This document shows positions 1-14,180 of a stretch of 64,000 nucleotides of DNA, in pieces (the first letter of the stretch is position 1; every line of letters starts with the position of its first letter). Origin of the DNA: Patescibacteria group bacterium. Its GTDB lineage: Bacteria; Patescibacteriota; WWE3; UBA101185; UBA10185. The notes under the pieces were generated by a model. That model was not told the DNA's origin. It saw only the letters and a list, made by a program, of their open reading frames with translations, and did no database searches. The stretch spans positions 65,431-129,430 of the forward strand of contig BPJL01000002.1 in assembly GCA_026004595.1 (NCBI GenBank), given 5' to 3'. Position numbers and translations under genes: made by a program.

Positions 1-1313
1 TAGGAACGAACATGAAGGTGGCCTACATGATTTATGAGGGTCTTGAGTTTGAAGATGGCGTGGTCATATCGGATAGACTTGTTAAGGAAGATATTCTTAC
101 CTCAATTCACATTTCAGATTATCAAACATCGGTGCAGGAAACCCAAGCTAGGACCAGAAGAAATTACAAGAGACATACCTAATGTTTCAGAGGAGTCATT
201 AAGAAATCTGGATGAAGATGGGATTGTAGCTATAGGGTCAAAGGTTAAATCGGGTGATATTTTAGTCGGCAAGGTCGCTCCAAAAGGTGAAATGGATCTA
301 ACTTCAGAGGAAAGATTGTTAAGAGCAATATTCGGCGAAAAAGCTAAGGACGTCAGAGACACCTCTCTCTACATGCCTCATGGTGAACATGGTATTGTGA
401 TAGGGATTAAAGAGAGTAACGAAGAAGGATAACGAATCTCTTCCTGCGGGAACTATAGAAAGGATAACTGTGTATGTTGCTCAGCAGAAGAAGATTGAGG
501 TAGGAGATAAATTAGCGGGACGCCACGGTAATAAAGGAGTTATATCGGCGATTGTACCCGCTGTCGATATGCCTATGCTCCCCGATGGTTCCACTATTGA
601 CATAATATTCTCATCCGAGGCTGTTTTGAAAAGAATGAATGTTGGTCAGATTTTAGAGGCATCTCTTGGTATGGCCGGAAAGGTTCTGGGTAAGACATAT
701 GAAGTTCCGTCATTACAGGAAATACCTGAAGACATAATTGTTGAAGAACTAAGAAAAGCAGGGCTTCCCGTTACGGGTAAGATGAATCTGATTGATGGAA
801 GAACTGGCGAATATTTTCACAGCGAAGTTGTTGTGGGCGATACTTACATACTTAAGCTGATTCATATGTCTGAGGAGAAGATGCATGCCCGATCAATTGG
901 TCCTTACTCGTTGATTACACAGCAGCCGCTTGGAGGAAAAGCTCAATTCGGGGGGCAGAGGTTTGGGGGAAATGGAAGTGTGGGCTTTGGAAGCTTATGG
1001 GGCCGCGCATATTCTAAAAGAAATGCTTACGATCAAGTCTGACGATATGCTTGGAGAACGCAAGCATACAGTGCTATGGTGCAGGGGAAGGAAAATTCCC
1101 GATTCATCAGTTCCCGAAACATTCAAATTGTTGGTAAGAAAATTGAATGGTCTTGGACTTGGGCTGGAGGCCTACTCATCAGAAGAGGGATCAGAAGGTG
1201 TTGAGGAAGAAGAGGAAGCCGAAGAAGAAATCGCAGATATCGCAGCTGGAGAAGTGCTGCCCGAAACAGGGGCAAAAGAGTTTTCCGAGGAGGAGGCGGA
1301 GCCGGAAGAATAA
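1..1313 (+). CDS. rpoB: DNA-directed RNA polymerase beta subunit, C-terminal part (5'-partial; split by indels)
   Basis: Motifs [26 protein letters not shown] and [29 protein letters not shown] are spread over ORFs 34-432, 470-1042 and 930-1313. Joining needs single-base indels near 143, 410 and 965, plus a compensating pair near 1056/1092. Confidence 0.97.
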
Positions 1314-1328
1314 CTCCGGGGTGGAAAT

Positions 1329-5007
<3,679 letters not shown>

Positions 5008-5008
5008 T

Positions 5009-5431
5009 ATGCCTACAATAAATCAACTGCTGAAAAGAGGCAGAAAACGAAAAACTAAAAAATCTTCTACGAGAGCTTTGAAAGAGGCTTTTAACTCTAT
5101 TAAAAAGCGTCCGGTGAAAAGACAGAGTCCCTTCAAAAGAGGTGTTGTTCTTTTGGTTAGAACACAGACTCCCAAGAAACCGAATTCAGCTTTAAGGAAG
5201 ACAGCGAGGGTTAGGCTTTCCAATAAAAAGGAGGTAACAGCATATATCCCAGGTGAGGGACATAATTTGCAGGAGCATTCTGTAGTTTTAGTTAAGGGCG
5301 GAAAGATACAGGACCTACCCGGAGTGAAATATACTATTGTGAGGGGAACCTTGGATCTTGCCGGGGTGCAGGCGAGAAAAACCTCAAGATCGATTTATGG
5401 GACCAAAAAACCTAAGGAGGCCAAGCAATGA
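5009..5431 (+). CDS. rpsL: 30S ribosomal protein uS12
   Basis: MPTINQL start; [11 protein letters not shown] and [13 protein letters not shown] motifs. Confidence 0.98.
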   Translation: MPTINQLLKRGRKRKTKKSSTRALKEAFNSIKKRPVKRQSPFKRGVVLLVRTQTPKKPNSALRKTARVRLSNKKEVTAYIPGEGHNLQEHSVVLVKGGKIQDLPGVKYTIVRGTLDLAGVQARKTSRSIYGTKKPKEAKQ

Positions 5432-5895
5432 GGGGTAAAAGAGCTAAAAGAAGACAAGCAGTCGGAGACTTCGTCCTTAAATCCAAAGTTCTTAACAGGA
5501 TGATAAATGTGGTTATGCTGAATGGAAAGAAATCTGTAGCTGAAGCGGTAGTTTATGGCGCTATAGGCAGGTTAAATGAGGATAGAAAAGAGGGTCTTAG
5601 GATGTTTGAGCAGGCAATAAAGAATGTTATGCCTCAGCAAGAAGTAAGATCGAGAAGAGTTGGAGGTGCTACATATCAGGTTCCAATGCCTTTGAAGCAC
5701 GAGAGGGCCGAGGCGCTTGCAATAAGGTGGATTGTCAATTCGGCCAGGAGCAAGAAGGGAAAACCCATGGTGGAAAAGCTTTATGAAGAATTGAACAATG
5801 CGTACCAGGGGGTTGGTGATGCAATAAAGAAGCGTGATGACACTCATAAAATGGCTGAAGCCAATAGAGCATTTGCGCACTTTGCAAGAAGCTGA
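5428..5895 (+). CDS. rpsG: 30S ribosomal protein uS7
   Basis: [15 protein letters not shown] and [13 protein letters not shown] motifs; ATGA overlap with rpsL. Confidence 0.98.
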   Translation: MRGKRAKRRQAVGDFVLKSKVLNRMINVVMLNGKKSVAEAVVYGAIGRLNEDRKEGLRMFEQAIKNVMPQQEVRSRRVGGATYQVPMPLKHERAEALAIRWIVNSARSKKGKPMVEKLYEELNNAYQGVGDAIKKRDDTHKMAEANRAFAHFARS

Positions 5896-5934
5896 AAAAA
5901 TTTCTATGGTAAGTTTTTATATTGAGGAATAATT

Positions 5935-8026
5935 ATGGTAGAAACGACAAAAAAAGACTATCCATTGGAAAAGATTAGAAATATCGGCATAATCGCTCAC
6001 ATTGATGCCGGGGAAAACAACCACAACTGAGCGTGTGCTTTTCTACACTGGAAAATCTCATAAAATAGGGGAGGTTCACGAAGGTGCTGCTCAAATGGAT
6101 TGGATGGCACAAGAGCGTGAAAGAGGAATCACAATAACCTCCGCTGCAACAACATGTTTCTGGCGAGATCACAGAATCAATATTATTGATACACCCGGGC
6201 ACGTGGATTTTACCGCAGAAGTTGAAAGATCGCTAAGGGTGCTGGACGGTGGTGTAATCATTCTTGATGGTTCACAAGGAGTTGAACCCCAATCCGAAAC
6301 CGTATTTAGGCAAGCACAAAAGTATAACGTTCCTCTTATATTTTTTGTAAATAAGCTCGATAAAATAGGCGGAGATTTTTATATGTCTTTAAACTCTGTC
6401 CATGAAAAGTTGGCGAAACACGCCGTTGCTGTCCAACTGCCCGTTGGTTTGGAAAACGAGTTTTCCAGCGTAGTAGACCTTATTGAAAGAAAAGCGTATA
6501 GATTTGAAGGCAATCTAGGGTCGACGGTTGTTGAAGCTGAGATACCTGAAGATATGAAAGAAAAGGTTGAGGAGTACAGGAGTGTGTTGGTTGAAAAAAT
6601 TGCCGAATCCGACGATTTTCTCATAGAAAAATATCTCAATGGCGAAGAGATCACAGCGGATGAGCTTAAAATGGGGATGAGAAAGCTTGTAATTCAGGCT
6701 AAGATATACCCTGTTTTTTGCGGAGCATCTCTGTCAAATATTGGAATCCAAAAGTTACTAGATGGTGTGGTTGAGTATCTGCCATCTCCTAAGGACAAGC
6801 CCGAAACACAAGGATACAACCATACTACAGGTGAAAAGATGAGTCTCCCCCACGACGAAAACGGTCCTTTTGCCGCCCTTGCGTTCAAGGTTCAGACTGA
6901 TCCTTACGTGGGAAGGCTAACATACATAAGGGTTTATTCGGGAAAAGTTTCAGCAGGTTCGTACGTTTATAATTCCACAAAAGAAAAAAAGGAAAGAATC
7001 GGACGCATACTTTTGATGCATGCCAATCACAGGGAAGAGATAAGAGAAATCAAAGCTGGTGAGATAGGTGCTGTTGTGGGAGTTGAAGCCACAACGGGGG
7101 ACACTTTATGCAGTGAGGATTTTCCGATAGTTCTTGAATCTATAAGCTTTTCCGAACCCGTTATCGGGCTGGTTCTTGAGCCTAAATCCAAGGCTGACCG
7201 AGATAAAATGTCAGTTGCCATTAAAAAATTTTTAGAAGAAGACCCCACTTTGAAAATTAAAACAGATGAGGAAACAGGCCAGGGGGTTTTGTATGGTATG
7301 GGGGAGTTGCATTTAGAAATTATAGTTGACCGTATGAAAAGAGAATTTAATGTGGAAGTAAATACGGGTAAACCTCAAGTTGCCTACAGAGAAACGATAA
7401 GAAAGGCTGTTGATGTAGAGGGCAAGTATATAAGACAGTCGGGTGGCCGCGGTCAGTACGGGCACGTTGTTGTCAAAGTTGAACCTTTGGAAAGAGGAAA
7501 AGGTGTGGAGTTTGTTGACAAAATCGTTGGCGGCACCATACCCAAGGAGTATATTCCGGCTGTTGAAAAAGGAGTAATGGAAGCGGTTGAATGTGGTGTT
7601 TTGGCAGGTTATCCCTTGGTTGATTTACGGGTTACCTTGTATGACGGATCTTTCCATGAAGTAGACTCTTCGGAGATGGCATTTAAGATGGCTGCCATTG
7701 AGGCTATGAGAGATGCTCAGAGGAATGCAGATTCTTATCTGATAGAGCCAATTATGAAAATAGAAGTGGTTACGCCCGACGAGTTTATGGGCGATGTTAT
7801 TGGTAATCTATCTTCTAAGAGAGGTAAGATTGAAGGCACTGAACAACGAGGGAACGCTCGTGTTATAACTTGTACCGCACCTTTGGCTGAGATGTTCGGT
7901 TATGCTACCGAACTTCGAGGTTTAACCCAGGGAAGAGCTTCTTTTACCATGGAGCCAAGCCACTACGAAGAGGTCCCAGCTGGAATAGCAGCCGAAATCA
8001 TAAAGCTTAGCGGTAAGCTGCCATAG
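5935..8026 (+). CDS. fusA: Elongation factor G (one extra G near 6010-6013)
   Basis: ATG 5935 reads [26 protein letters not shown] and continues into [10 protein letters not shown] after removing one G. DTPGHVDF and GMGELHL motifs are present. Confidence 0.97.
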
Positions 8027-8071
8027 CCTGAAAATGCTTGATTTTTAAGTTTTAATCTGATTAACTAGCAG

Positions 8072-8100
8072 TTGTCTAATTAGTATAAGCAACTTAAAGT
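8072..8100 (+). promoter_or_regulatory. Candidate sigma70-type promoter for tuf
   Basis: TTGTCT-17 bp-TAAAGT in the 109-bp AT-rich fusA-tuf spacer. Confidence 0.3.
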
Positions 8101-8135
8101 ATATATTTATAAAAATTTGAAAGGTTTAACAAAAC

Positions 8136-9314
8136 ATGGCCGAATTTATTAGAAACAAGGAACATGTAAATATAGGTACCATTGGTCACGTCGACCATGG
8201 AAAAACCACGTTAACAGCAGCTATTACCAAGGTGCTTGCCAACAAGGGCCAAGCACAATATGTTAGCTACGAGAATATTGACAAGGCTCCGGAAGAAAGA
8301 GCCAGGGGTATTACAATTAACATCACTCATGTTGAGTATGAAACTGAAAAGAGACACTACGCCCACATTGACGCTCCGGGGCATGCCGACTATATAAAGA
8401 ACATGATTACCGGTGCCGCTCAAATGGACGGTGCAATTTTAGTGGTTTCAGCTCCCGACGGGCCCATGCCCCAGACAAGAGAACACATTTTGCTTGCCAA
8501 GCAAGTAAATGTTCCCGCGATGGTTGTCTACATGAATAAGACGGATATGGTTCAGGATAAAGAGATACTGGACCTTGTCGAGCTTGAGGTTAGAGAACTT
8601 TTGACTAAGTATGGTTTCCCGGGAGATACAACCCCCGTTATAAAAGGTTCTGCAATGAAAGCTTTAGAAGGAGACCCTGAAGCTATAAAAAGCATAGAAG
8701 ACTTGATGAAGGCGGTTGATGAGTTTATACCTACTCCTGTAAGGGAACTCGATAAACCTTTCCTCATGCCGATTGAGGATGTATTTACAATCTCTGGAAG
8801 AGGAACTGTCGTTACGGGGAGAATTGAAAGAGGAAAGATCAAGCTGAACGAAGAAGTTGAAATAGTAGGAATTAGAGAAACCAAGAAATCGGTTGTAACG
8901 GGTATAGAGATGTTTAAGAAACAAATGCAAGAAGGTCAGGCAGGAGACAACGTAGGCATACTGCTAAGGGGTATCGAAAGAGATGATGTTGAAAGAGGGC
9001 AAGTCTTAGCCAAGCCGGGGAGCACTAAACCCCATACTGATTTTGATTGCGAAGTATATGTTTTATCCAAGGAAGAGGGTGGAAGACAGAAGCCCTTTTT
9101 CAGCGGGTATCGTCCACAGTTCTACATTAGAACAACTGATGTTACGGGTGAAATAATCCTTCCCGAGGGGGTTGAGATGGTAATGCCTGGAGATAAGGTG
9201 AATATGAAAGTAAAGCTGATTACTCCGGTCGCGCTTGAAGAAGGAATGAGGTTTGCTATAAGAGAGGGTGGGCACACTGTAGGTGCTGGTGTTATCTCAA
9301 AGATTCACGAATAG
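8136..9314 (+). CDS. tuf: Elongation factor Tu
   Basis: [32 protein letters not shown] and [13 protein letters not shown] motifs. Confidence 0.99.
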   Translation: MAEFIRNKEHVNIGTIGHVDHGKTTLTAAITKVLANKGQAQYVSYENIDKAPEERARGITINITHVEYETEKRHYAHIDAPGHADYIKNMITGAAQMDGAILVVSAPDGPMPQTREHILLAKQVNVPAMVVYMNKTDMVQDKEILDLVELEVRELLTKYGFPGDTTPVIKGSAMKALEGDPEAIKSIEDLMKAVDEFIPTPVRELDKPFLMPIEDVFTISGRGTVVTGRIERGKIKLNEEVEIVGIRETKKSVVTGIEMFKKQMQEGQAGDNVGILLRGIERDDVERGQVLAKPGSTKPHTDFDCEVYVLSKEEGGRQKPFFSGYRPQFYIRTTDVTGEIILPEGVEMVMPGDKVNMKVKLITPVALEEGMRFAIREGGHTVGAGVISKIHE

Positions 9315-9325
9315 AGTATGATGTT

Positions 9326-9357
9326 TGGGCCGTCCCCTTCGGGGGGCGGCTCATTTT
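9326..9357 (+). terminator. Terminator-like hairpin between tuf and rpsJ
   Basis: 12-bp stem TGGGCCGTCCCC/GGGGGCGGCTCA (2 GU pairs) closing a cUUCGg tetraloop, followed by TTTT. Confidence 0.7.
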
Positions 9358-9366
9358 GCGGCAGAT

Positions 9367-9687
9367 ATGACTAAAGCTCAAAAAGAAAGCAAAATAAGAA
9401 TAAAACTTAACTCTTACGATAGCAGGATTGTTGATTTGAGTTGTGCGAAAATTGTGGATACGGCTATAAGAACAGGAGCAAAGGTCATCGGTCCGGTGCC
9501 TCTTCCGACTAGAATAGAAAGGTTTACAGTTATAAGAGGTCCGCATATTGACAAGAGATCTAGAGAGCAGTTTGAACTTAGGACCCATAAAAGGGTTGTG
9601 GACGTTTTGAATCCCACCCCGCAAACAGTTGAAAGCCTGTCTAAGCTAAGTTTGCCGGCGGGTGTAGGTATTACGATGAAGATGTAA
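9367..9687 (+). CDS. rpsJ: 30S ribosomal protein uS10
   Basis: [16 protein letters not shown] and [12 protein letters not shown] motifs; start placed at ATG 9367. Confidence 0.97.
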   Translation: MTKAQKESKIRIKLNSYDSRIVDLSCAKIVDTAIRTGAKVIGPVPLPTRIERFTVIRGPHIDKRSREQFELRTHKRVVDVLNPTPQTVESLSKLSLPAGVGITMKM

Positions 9688-9808
9688 GTTAGGTCGGCTA
9701 GGGGCAAAAGTGTGGATTTTTGCCATAATTTAAGGTAATATAAGCCACTTGATGTTGCAAAACGCCATAAAACTAAGGTAATTTTAAAAAACAAGGGTAG
9801 TAACTGTG

Positions 9809-9833
9809 GGCGCCCCTTGGGCGCTAATTTTTT
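9809..9833 (+). terminator. Terminator/attenuator-like hairpin immediately upstream of rplC
   Basis: GGCGCCC-CTT-GGGCGCT followed by AATTTTTT, ending 3 nt before the rplC ATG. Confidence 0.45.
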
Positions 9834-9836
9834 GCC

Positions 9837-10265
9837 ATGAAAGAAAGCATAAAAGGAATAAAACTAAACATGAGCCAGATATTTCTCGACACGGGAAAGG
9901 TTATACCTGTAACTATTATTGGAAGTATTGATACTCAGCTGAGTGGAGATCTTGAAAATAGGAAGGTTGTTATAGTCGGCGTCTCAAAAGGAAAGGGCTT
10001 TGCAGGAGGAATGAAAAAATGGCATTTTAGCGGAGCTGAGGCTACTAGAGGACAGAGTACTAAGCCCAGAGCTCCAGGTTCAATAGGAAGTCAAACGCCG
10101 GGTAGGGTTAGAAAAGGCAAGAAAATGGCAGGAAGGCTGGGCGGCGGCAGGGTTACCGTAAAAGGGTTAAGAATAGTGAAGGTTTTGCCCGACCAAAAGC
10201 AGATAATGGTTTCCGGTCCGGTTCCAGGAGCCAGAAATTCAAAGGTAGTAGTGAAGTTGGATTAA
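9837..10265 (+). CDS. rplC: 50S ribosomal protein uL3 (short, internally deleted form, 142 aa)
   Basis: MSQIF...IPVTII, GVSKGKGFAG, APGSIG, GKKMAG and GPVPGA motifs; located between rpsJ and rplD. Confidence 0.95.
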   Translation: MKESIKGIKLNMSQIFLDTGKVIPVTIIGSIDTQLSGDLENRKVVIVGVSKGKGFAGGMKKWHFSGAEATRGQSTKPRAPGSIGSQTPGRVRKGKKMAGRLGGGRVTVKGLRIVKVLPDQKQIMVSGPVPGARNSKVVVKLD

Positions 10266-10267
10266 AT

Positions 10268-10891
10268 ATGAAAAAACAGGTTTTGGATCAAAAAGGAAAT
10301 AAAGTTGAAGAAATATCCCTAAACGATGGGGTGTTTTGTTCTAATCCCAACCGAGAGGTGCTTACCCAGTACATTAGGGTTTTTGATTTTAACCAAAGGT
10401 CCGGTACGGCTAAGACTAAAACTCGCGCTGAAGTTGCGGGAGGAGGAGCTAAACCTTGGAGGCAAAAAGGAACAGGCAGGGCGAGGGCAGGATCGATTAG
10501 AAGTCCTTTGTGGGTGCACGGCGGTGTGGCCCACGGTCCTCTACCAAAGGATTGGTCGCTCAAAATGCCAAAGAAGATGAGAAGACTGGCTATGATTTCG
10601 GCTCTTTCTTTGAAAGAGGCCGCAGGGGAAATAGTGGTTGTTGACAGCTTGAAGCTTGAGAAGATGTCTACTTCCGAATTGTCTACGGTTCTAAATAAAT
10701 TGGTTGACGCAAGGCCCTTGCTATATGTTTGGAGCAAAGCAGACCAAAGCGTTATTAGAAGCATTGCCAATATTAAAGATGTGAAGCCGGTTTTTTCAGG
10801 TTCTCTTAATGCAAAAGACTTGATTTCTCACAAGGCAATTTTATTTGAAAAAGATGCGATATTGGATGTCAATGAAAGGTTTAAGAAATGA
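10268..10891 (+). CDS. rplD: 50S ribosomal protein uL4
   Basis: KPWRQKGTGRARAGSIRSPLW motif. Confidence 0.98.
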   Translation: MKKQVLDQKGNKVEEISLNDGVFCSNPNREVLTQYIRVFDFNQRSGTAKTKTRAEVAGGGAKPWRQKGTGRARAGSIRSPLWVHGGVAHGPLPKDWSLKMPKKMRRLAMISALSLKEAAGEIVVVDSLKLEKMSTSELSTVLNKLVDARPLLYVWSKADQSVIRSIANIKDVKPVFSGSLNAKDLISHKAILFEKDAILDVNERFKK

Positions 10892-11178
10892 GACTTACAA
10901 ATACTATATACAAGCCAATAGTTACGGAAAAGACTTACGCTCAGGCAGCTCGGGGTTTTTATTCCTTTAAAGTGCCTATGGATGTTACAAAAGAAAGTGT
11001 GGCAAAAGAGGTTGAGAAGATGTATGGTGTCAAGGTTGTTTCTGTGAAGTCCTCTGTGATGCCGGGAAAAAATAGAAGGATACCGGGAACCAGAAGATAC
11101 TCCGGCAGAAGTAAGTGGAAAAAGATTATAGTGAAATTAAAAGACGGGCAGACAATTGATATAATGCCCAAGGAATAG
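10888..11178 (+). CDS. rplW: 50S ribosomal protein uL23
   Basis: PIVTEK and WKKIIVKLKDGQTI motifs; synteny. Confidence 0.95.
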   Translation: MRLTNTIYKPIVTEKTYAQAARGFYSFKVPMDVTKESVAKEVEKMYGVKVVSVKSSVMPGKNRRIPGTRRYSGRSKWKKIIVKLKDGQTIDIMPKE

Positions 11179-11184
11179 TCGCAA

Positions 11185-12018
11185 ATGATAAAAACGTACA
11201 AACCCACAAGTGAAGGTTTGAGAACAAGAAAAACCCTTGTACGAAGGGTTAGCAAGAGTAGACCTGTTAAGTCGCTGACCAAACCTTTAAAGGGTCCGGC
11301 AGGAAGAAGTCACGGAAGGATTTCAAGCAGACACAGACAGAGGGGGTCAAAAAAGCGGATAAGGATAATAGATTTTAAGAGGAACAAATTCAACATTTCG
11401 GGTAAAGTTGCAGCGATAGAATACGATCCTAATCGCGGAGCAAACATAGCGTTAGTAAATTATGCTGATGGGGAAAAGAGATACATCCTCGCCCCCGAAG
11501 GTTTGGAAGTAGGAATGCAGGTTGTATCAGGTCCGGAAGCTGAAATAAGTCCGGGCAACTCACTGCCGCTGGAGAACATCCCTTTAGGCACTTTTGTGCA
11601 TAATGTGGAGGTAAATATAGGCGCGGGTGGAATATTAGCTAGAGGAGCAGGAAACGCCGCTCAGGTTTTAGCTAAAGAAGGGGCCTATGTAAATGTTAAG
11701 CTCCCGAGCGGAGAAGTGAAAAAAGTTTTGGGAAAGTGCTATGCCTCAATAGGGAGTCTCTCCAATCCTGATCTAAGAAATGTTCAGCTGGGTAAAGCGG
11801 GTAGAAAAAGATATTTGGGCTATAGACCGCATGTTCGTGGTGTAGCTATGGCAAATCCGAAAAAGGACCATCCTCATGCGGGTAAGTACAGTACAACCGG
11901 TATTGGTAGGCCTGCACCTCTTTCTCCTTGGGGATGGAAGACAAGGGGAGTTAAAAGCAGGAAGCGCGTTCATACTGATTATTCTATAGTTAAGAAAAGG
12001 GAGAAAAAGAGGAGATAA
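11185..12018 (+). CDS. rplB: 50S ribosomal protein uL2
   Basis: IEYDPNRGANIAL, GKAGR, VRGVAM..DHPH and SPWG motifs. Confidence 0.98.
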   Translation: MIKTYKPTSEGLRTRKTLVRRVSKSRPVKSLTKPLKGPAGRSHGRISSRHRQRGSKKRIRIIDFKRNKFNISGKVAAIEYDPNRGANIALVNYADGEKRYILAPEGLEVGMQVVSGPEAEISPGNSLPLENIPLGTFVHNVEVNIGAGGILARGAGNAAQVLAKEGAYVNVKLPSGEVKKVLGKCYASIGSLSNPDLRNVQLGKAGRKRYLGYRPHVRGVAMANPKKDHPHAGKYSTTGIGRPAPLSPWGWKTRGVKSRKRVHTDYSIVKKREKKRR

Positions 12019-12043
12019 GGTTCCTCGTTAGAAGGAGTCAATT

Positions 12044-12316
12044 ATGTCAAGGTCGTTAAAAAAAGGAATATACACAGACGAAAAATTAATGAAGAAAGTT
12101 AAGCTTGCGCTTTCGTCAGGATCAAGAGCGCCCATAAAAACGTGGGCTAGAAGATCTACCATAGTGCCGGAAATGGTTGGATTGACTTTTGAAGTACACA
12201 ATGGGAAGAAACATATCCCGGTTTTTGTTACCGAGGCAATGGTAGGGCACAAGCTTGGGGAATTCGCGCCTACAAGAACGTTTAGGGCTCATTCATCCAA
12301 GAAGGCGGAGGCATAA
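12044..12316 (+). CDS. rpsS: 30S ribosomal protein uS19
   Basis: MSRSLKKG and [15 protein letters not shown] motifs. Confidence 0.98.
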   Translation: MSRSLKKGIYTDEKLMKKVKLALSSGSRAPIKTWARRSTIVPEMVGLTFEVHNGKKHIPVFVTEAMVGHKLGEFAPTRTFRAHSSKKAEA

Positions 12317-12319
12317 TGT

Positions 12320-12670
12320 ATGAACAAATCTGAAGTATACGCAAAATATATGAAAGCAAGAATATCGCCTAAGAAAGTAGCTCCGGTTATGGATCTTGTT
12401 AGAGGGAAGTCTCTTGAAGAGGCTAAATTGGTTCTTTCTTTTGATAGAACAAAGGCCGCGGCATTGGTTTTGAAAGCGCTGAAATCTGCTGAAGCCAATG
12501 CTGTGAATAACAACAAACTTGATGCCAAAAACTTATATCTATCTGAGCTTTGGGTCAGTGGGGGACCGGTTTACAAAAGCGGACAGTTTGTGGCAAAGGG
12601 AAGGTTCAGCCCCATTTTGAAAAGAACGAGCCATATTTATGTCGGTTTGAGCCAGAAAGGGAGGAAATAG
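12320..12670 (+). CDS. rplV: 50S ribosomal protein uL22
   Basis: RISPKK, LKSAEANA and ILKRTSHI motifs. Confidence 0.96.
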   Translation: MNKSEVYAKYMKARISPKKVAPVMDLVRGKSLEEAKLVLSFDRTKAAALVLKALKSAEANAVNNNKLDAKNLYLSELWVSGGPVYKSGQFVAKGRFSPILKRTSHIYVGLSQKGRK

Positions 12671-12672
12671 TT

Positions 12673-13305
12673 ATGGGTCAGAAGATTAATCCGATAGGAT
12701 ACAGATTGGGAATATCAAAAGACTGGCAATCCAGATGGTTTGCTCCTAAAGCCACTTATGCCGACATAGCCCACGAGGATATAAAAATAAGAAGATTTTT
12801 GAAAAGCAGGCTTGAGATGGCAGGCGTAAAGGAAATTGACATTGAGAGAACCGAAAACGATATCAGCATTACAATAAAGGTTTCAAAGCCGGGTGTTGTG
12901 ATAGGAAGAGGAGGCACGGGTGTTGAAGAAATTGAGAAAGAGATAAAGAAAATGACTAAAGCTAAGGTGAAGATAACAGCCGAAGAAGTTAAATCTCCCG
13001 AGATCGAGGCCCAGCTTGTAGCTGATTACATAGCCAGGCAAATTAAAAGAAGAGTTCCCTATAGAAGAGTTGTAAAGTTTGCTTTAAGTTCGGCTATGGA
13101 CAAGGGAGCGAAGGGTATAAAGATAAGGCTCTCGGGTGTTTTGAGCGGAAGCAATACTATTGCAAGATCTGAACAATACACTTTGGGTTCCATACCCCTT
13201 CAAACTTTAAGAGCCGATATAGATTACGCCCAAATTGATTGCCACCTTCTTTATGGAACCATAGGTATCAAAGTTTGGATTTACAAAGGTGAAAAGGAAA
13301 TTTAA
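12673..13305 (+). CDS. rpsC: 30S ribosomal protein uS3
   Basis: [23 protein letters not shown] and [11 protein letters not shown] motifs; start at ATG 12673. Confidence 0.97.
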   Translation: MGQKINPIGYRLGISKDWQSRWFAPKATYADIAHEDIKIRRFLKSRLEMAGVKEIDIERTENDISITIKVSKPGVVIGRGGTGVEEIEKEIKKMTKAKVKITAEEVKSPEIEAQLVADYIARQIKRRVPYRRVVKFALSSAMDKGAKGIKIRLSGVLSGSNTIARSEQYTLGSIPLQTLRADIDYAQIDCHLLYGTIGIKVWIYKGEKEI

Positions 13306-13307
13306 CT

Positions 13308-13715
13308 ATGTTGATGCCTAAGAAAGTAAAATTTAGAAAGCAGCAGCGTGGTACCAATAAAGGATTGGCTGTTAGGGGATCCACAATGGTTTATGGGGAT
13401 TTTGCGCTTAAAGCGATGGATCGAGGTTTGCTGACATCGAGGCAGATCGAAGCTGCCAGAAAAGCAGTAATGCACGAAACTAAAAGAGGCGGAAAGCTTT
13501 GGATTAGAGTGTTCCCCGACAAACCGGTTGTTGCCAAGCCCGCGGAAACCAGAATGGGAAGCGGAAAAGCCGCGACCGATCACTATGCTGCCGTTGTAAA
13601 ACCGGGAAAAGTAGTTTTTGAGATAGGCGGGGTGTCAAAAGACATTGCCAAACGAGCTTTCAGAAAAGCCTCGGCAAAATTTCCGATAAAAATGAGGTTT
13701 GTATCTAAGGAATAA
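13308..13715 (+). CDS. rplP: 50S ribosomal protein uL16
   Basis: [20 protein letters not shown] and RMGSGK motifs. Confidence 0.98.
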   Translation: MLMPKKVKFRKQQRGTNKGLAVRGSTMVYGDFALKAMDRGLLTSRQIEAARKAVMHETKRGGKLWIRVFPDKPVVAKPAETRMGSGKAATDHYAAVVKPGKVVFEIGGVSKDIAKRAFRKASAKFPIKMRFVSKE

Positions 13716-13716
13716 T

Positions 13717-13926
13717 ATGGATATTAAAGAATTAAGAAAAAAGAATATGCAGGAGCTTGAGGATTCAAAAAGAGATCTTGAAAAGGAGATAAGAGAAGTG
13801 TCTATGAATACTTTGCAGGGAAAGGAAAAAAATGTTAGAAAAGCAAGGTTGCTTAGAAAGGATCTTTCCAGGCTGCTAACTGTTATCAGCGAAAAGAAGA
13901 TACTTGAGGAGGCGGCCGGGAGGTAA
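13717..13926 (+). CDS. rpmC: 50S ribosomal protein uL29
   Basis: ELRKK...RKDLSRLLTVISEK; located between rplP and rpsQ. Confidence 0.92.
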   Translation: MDIKELRKKNMQELEDSKRDLEKEIREVSMNTLQGKEKNVRKARLLRKDLSRLLTVISEKKILEEAAGR

Positions 13927-13931
13927 AAAAC

Positions 13932-14180
13932 ATGAGCGCAAGAAGAATAAAAGGAAAAGTCGTGTCTGATAAAATGCAAAAGACAGTTGTTGTCAAAGTT
14001 GACATTTTAAAGAGGCACACAATATATGGCAAGCCTATGAAAATGAATAAAAGGCTCAAGGCCAGAGATGATTTGGGTGCCAAGGTAGGCTCCGAAGTTA
14101 TAGTTGAGGAGTGCGCTCCTTTTAGCAAGGAAGTAACATGGAAAGTTGTTGAAATAGTTAAGGGTCCGGAGGAAAAGTAA
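13932..14180 (+). CDS. rpsQ: 30S ribosomal protein uS17
   Basis: GKVVSDKMQKTVVV and ECAPFSK motifs. Confidence 0.96.
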   Translation: MSARRIKGKVVSDKMQKTVVVKVDILKRHTIYGKPMKMNKRLKARDDLGAKVGSEVIVEECAPFSKEVTWKVVEIVKGPEEK

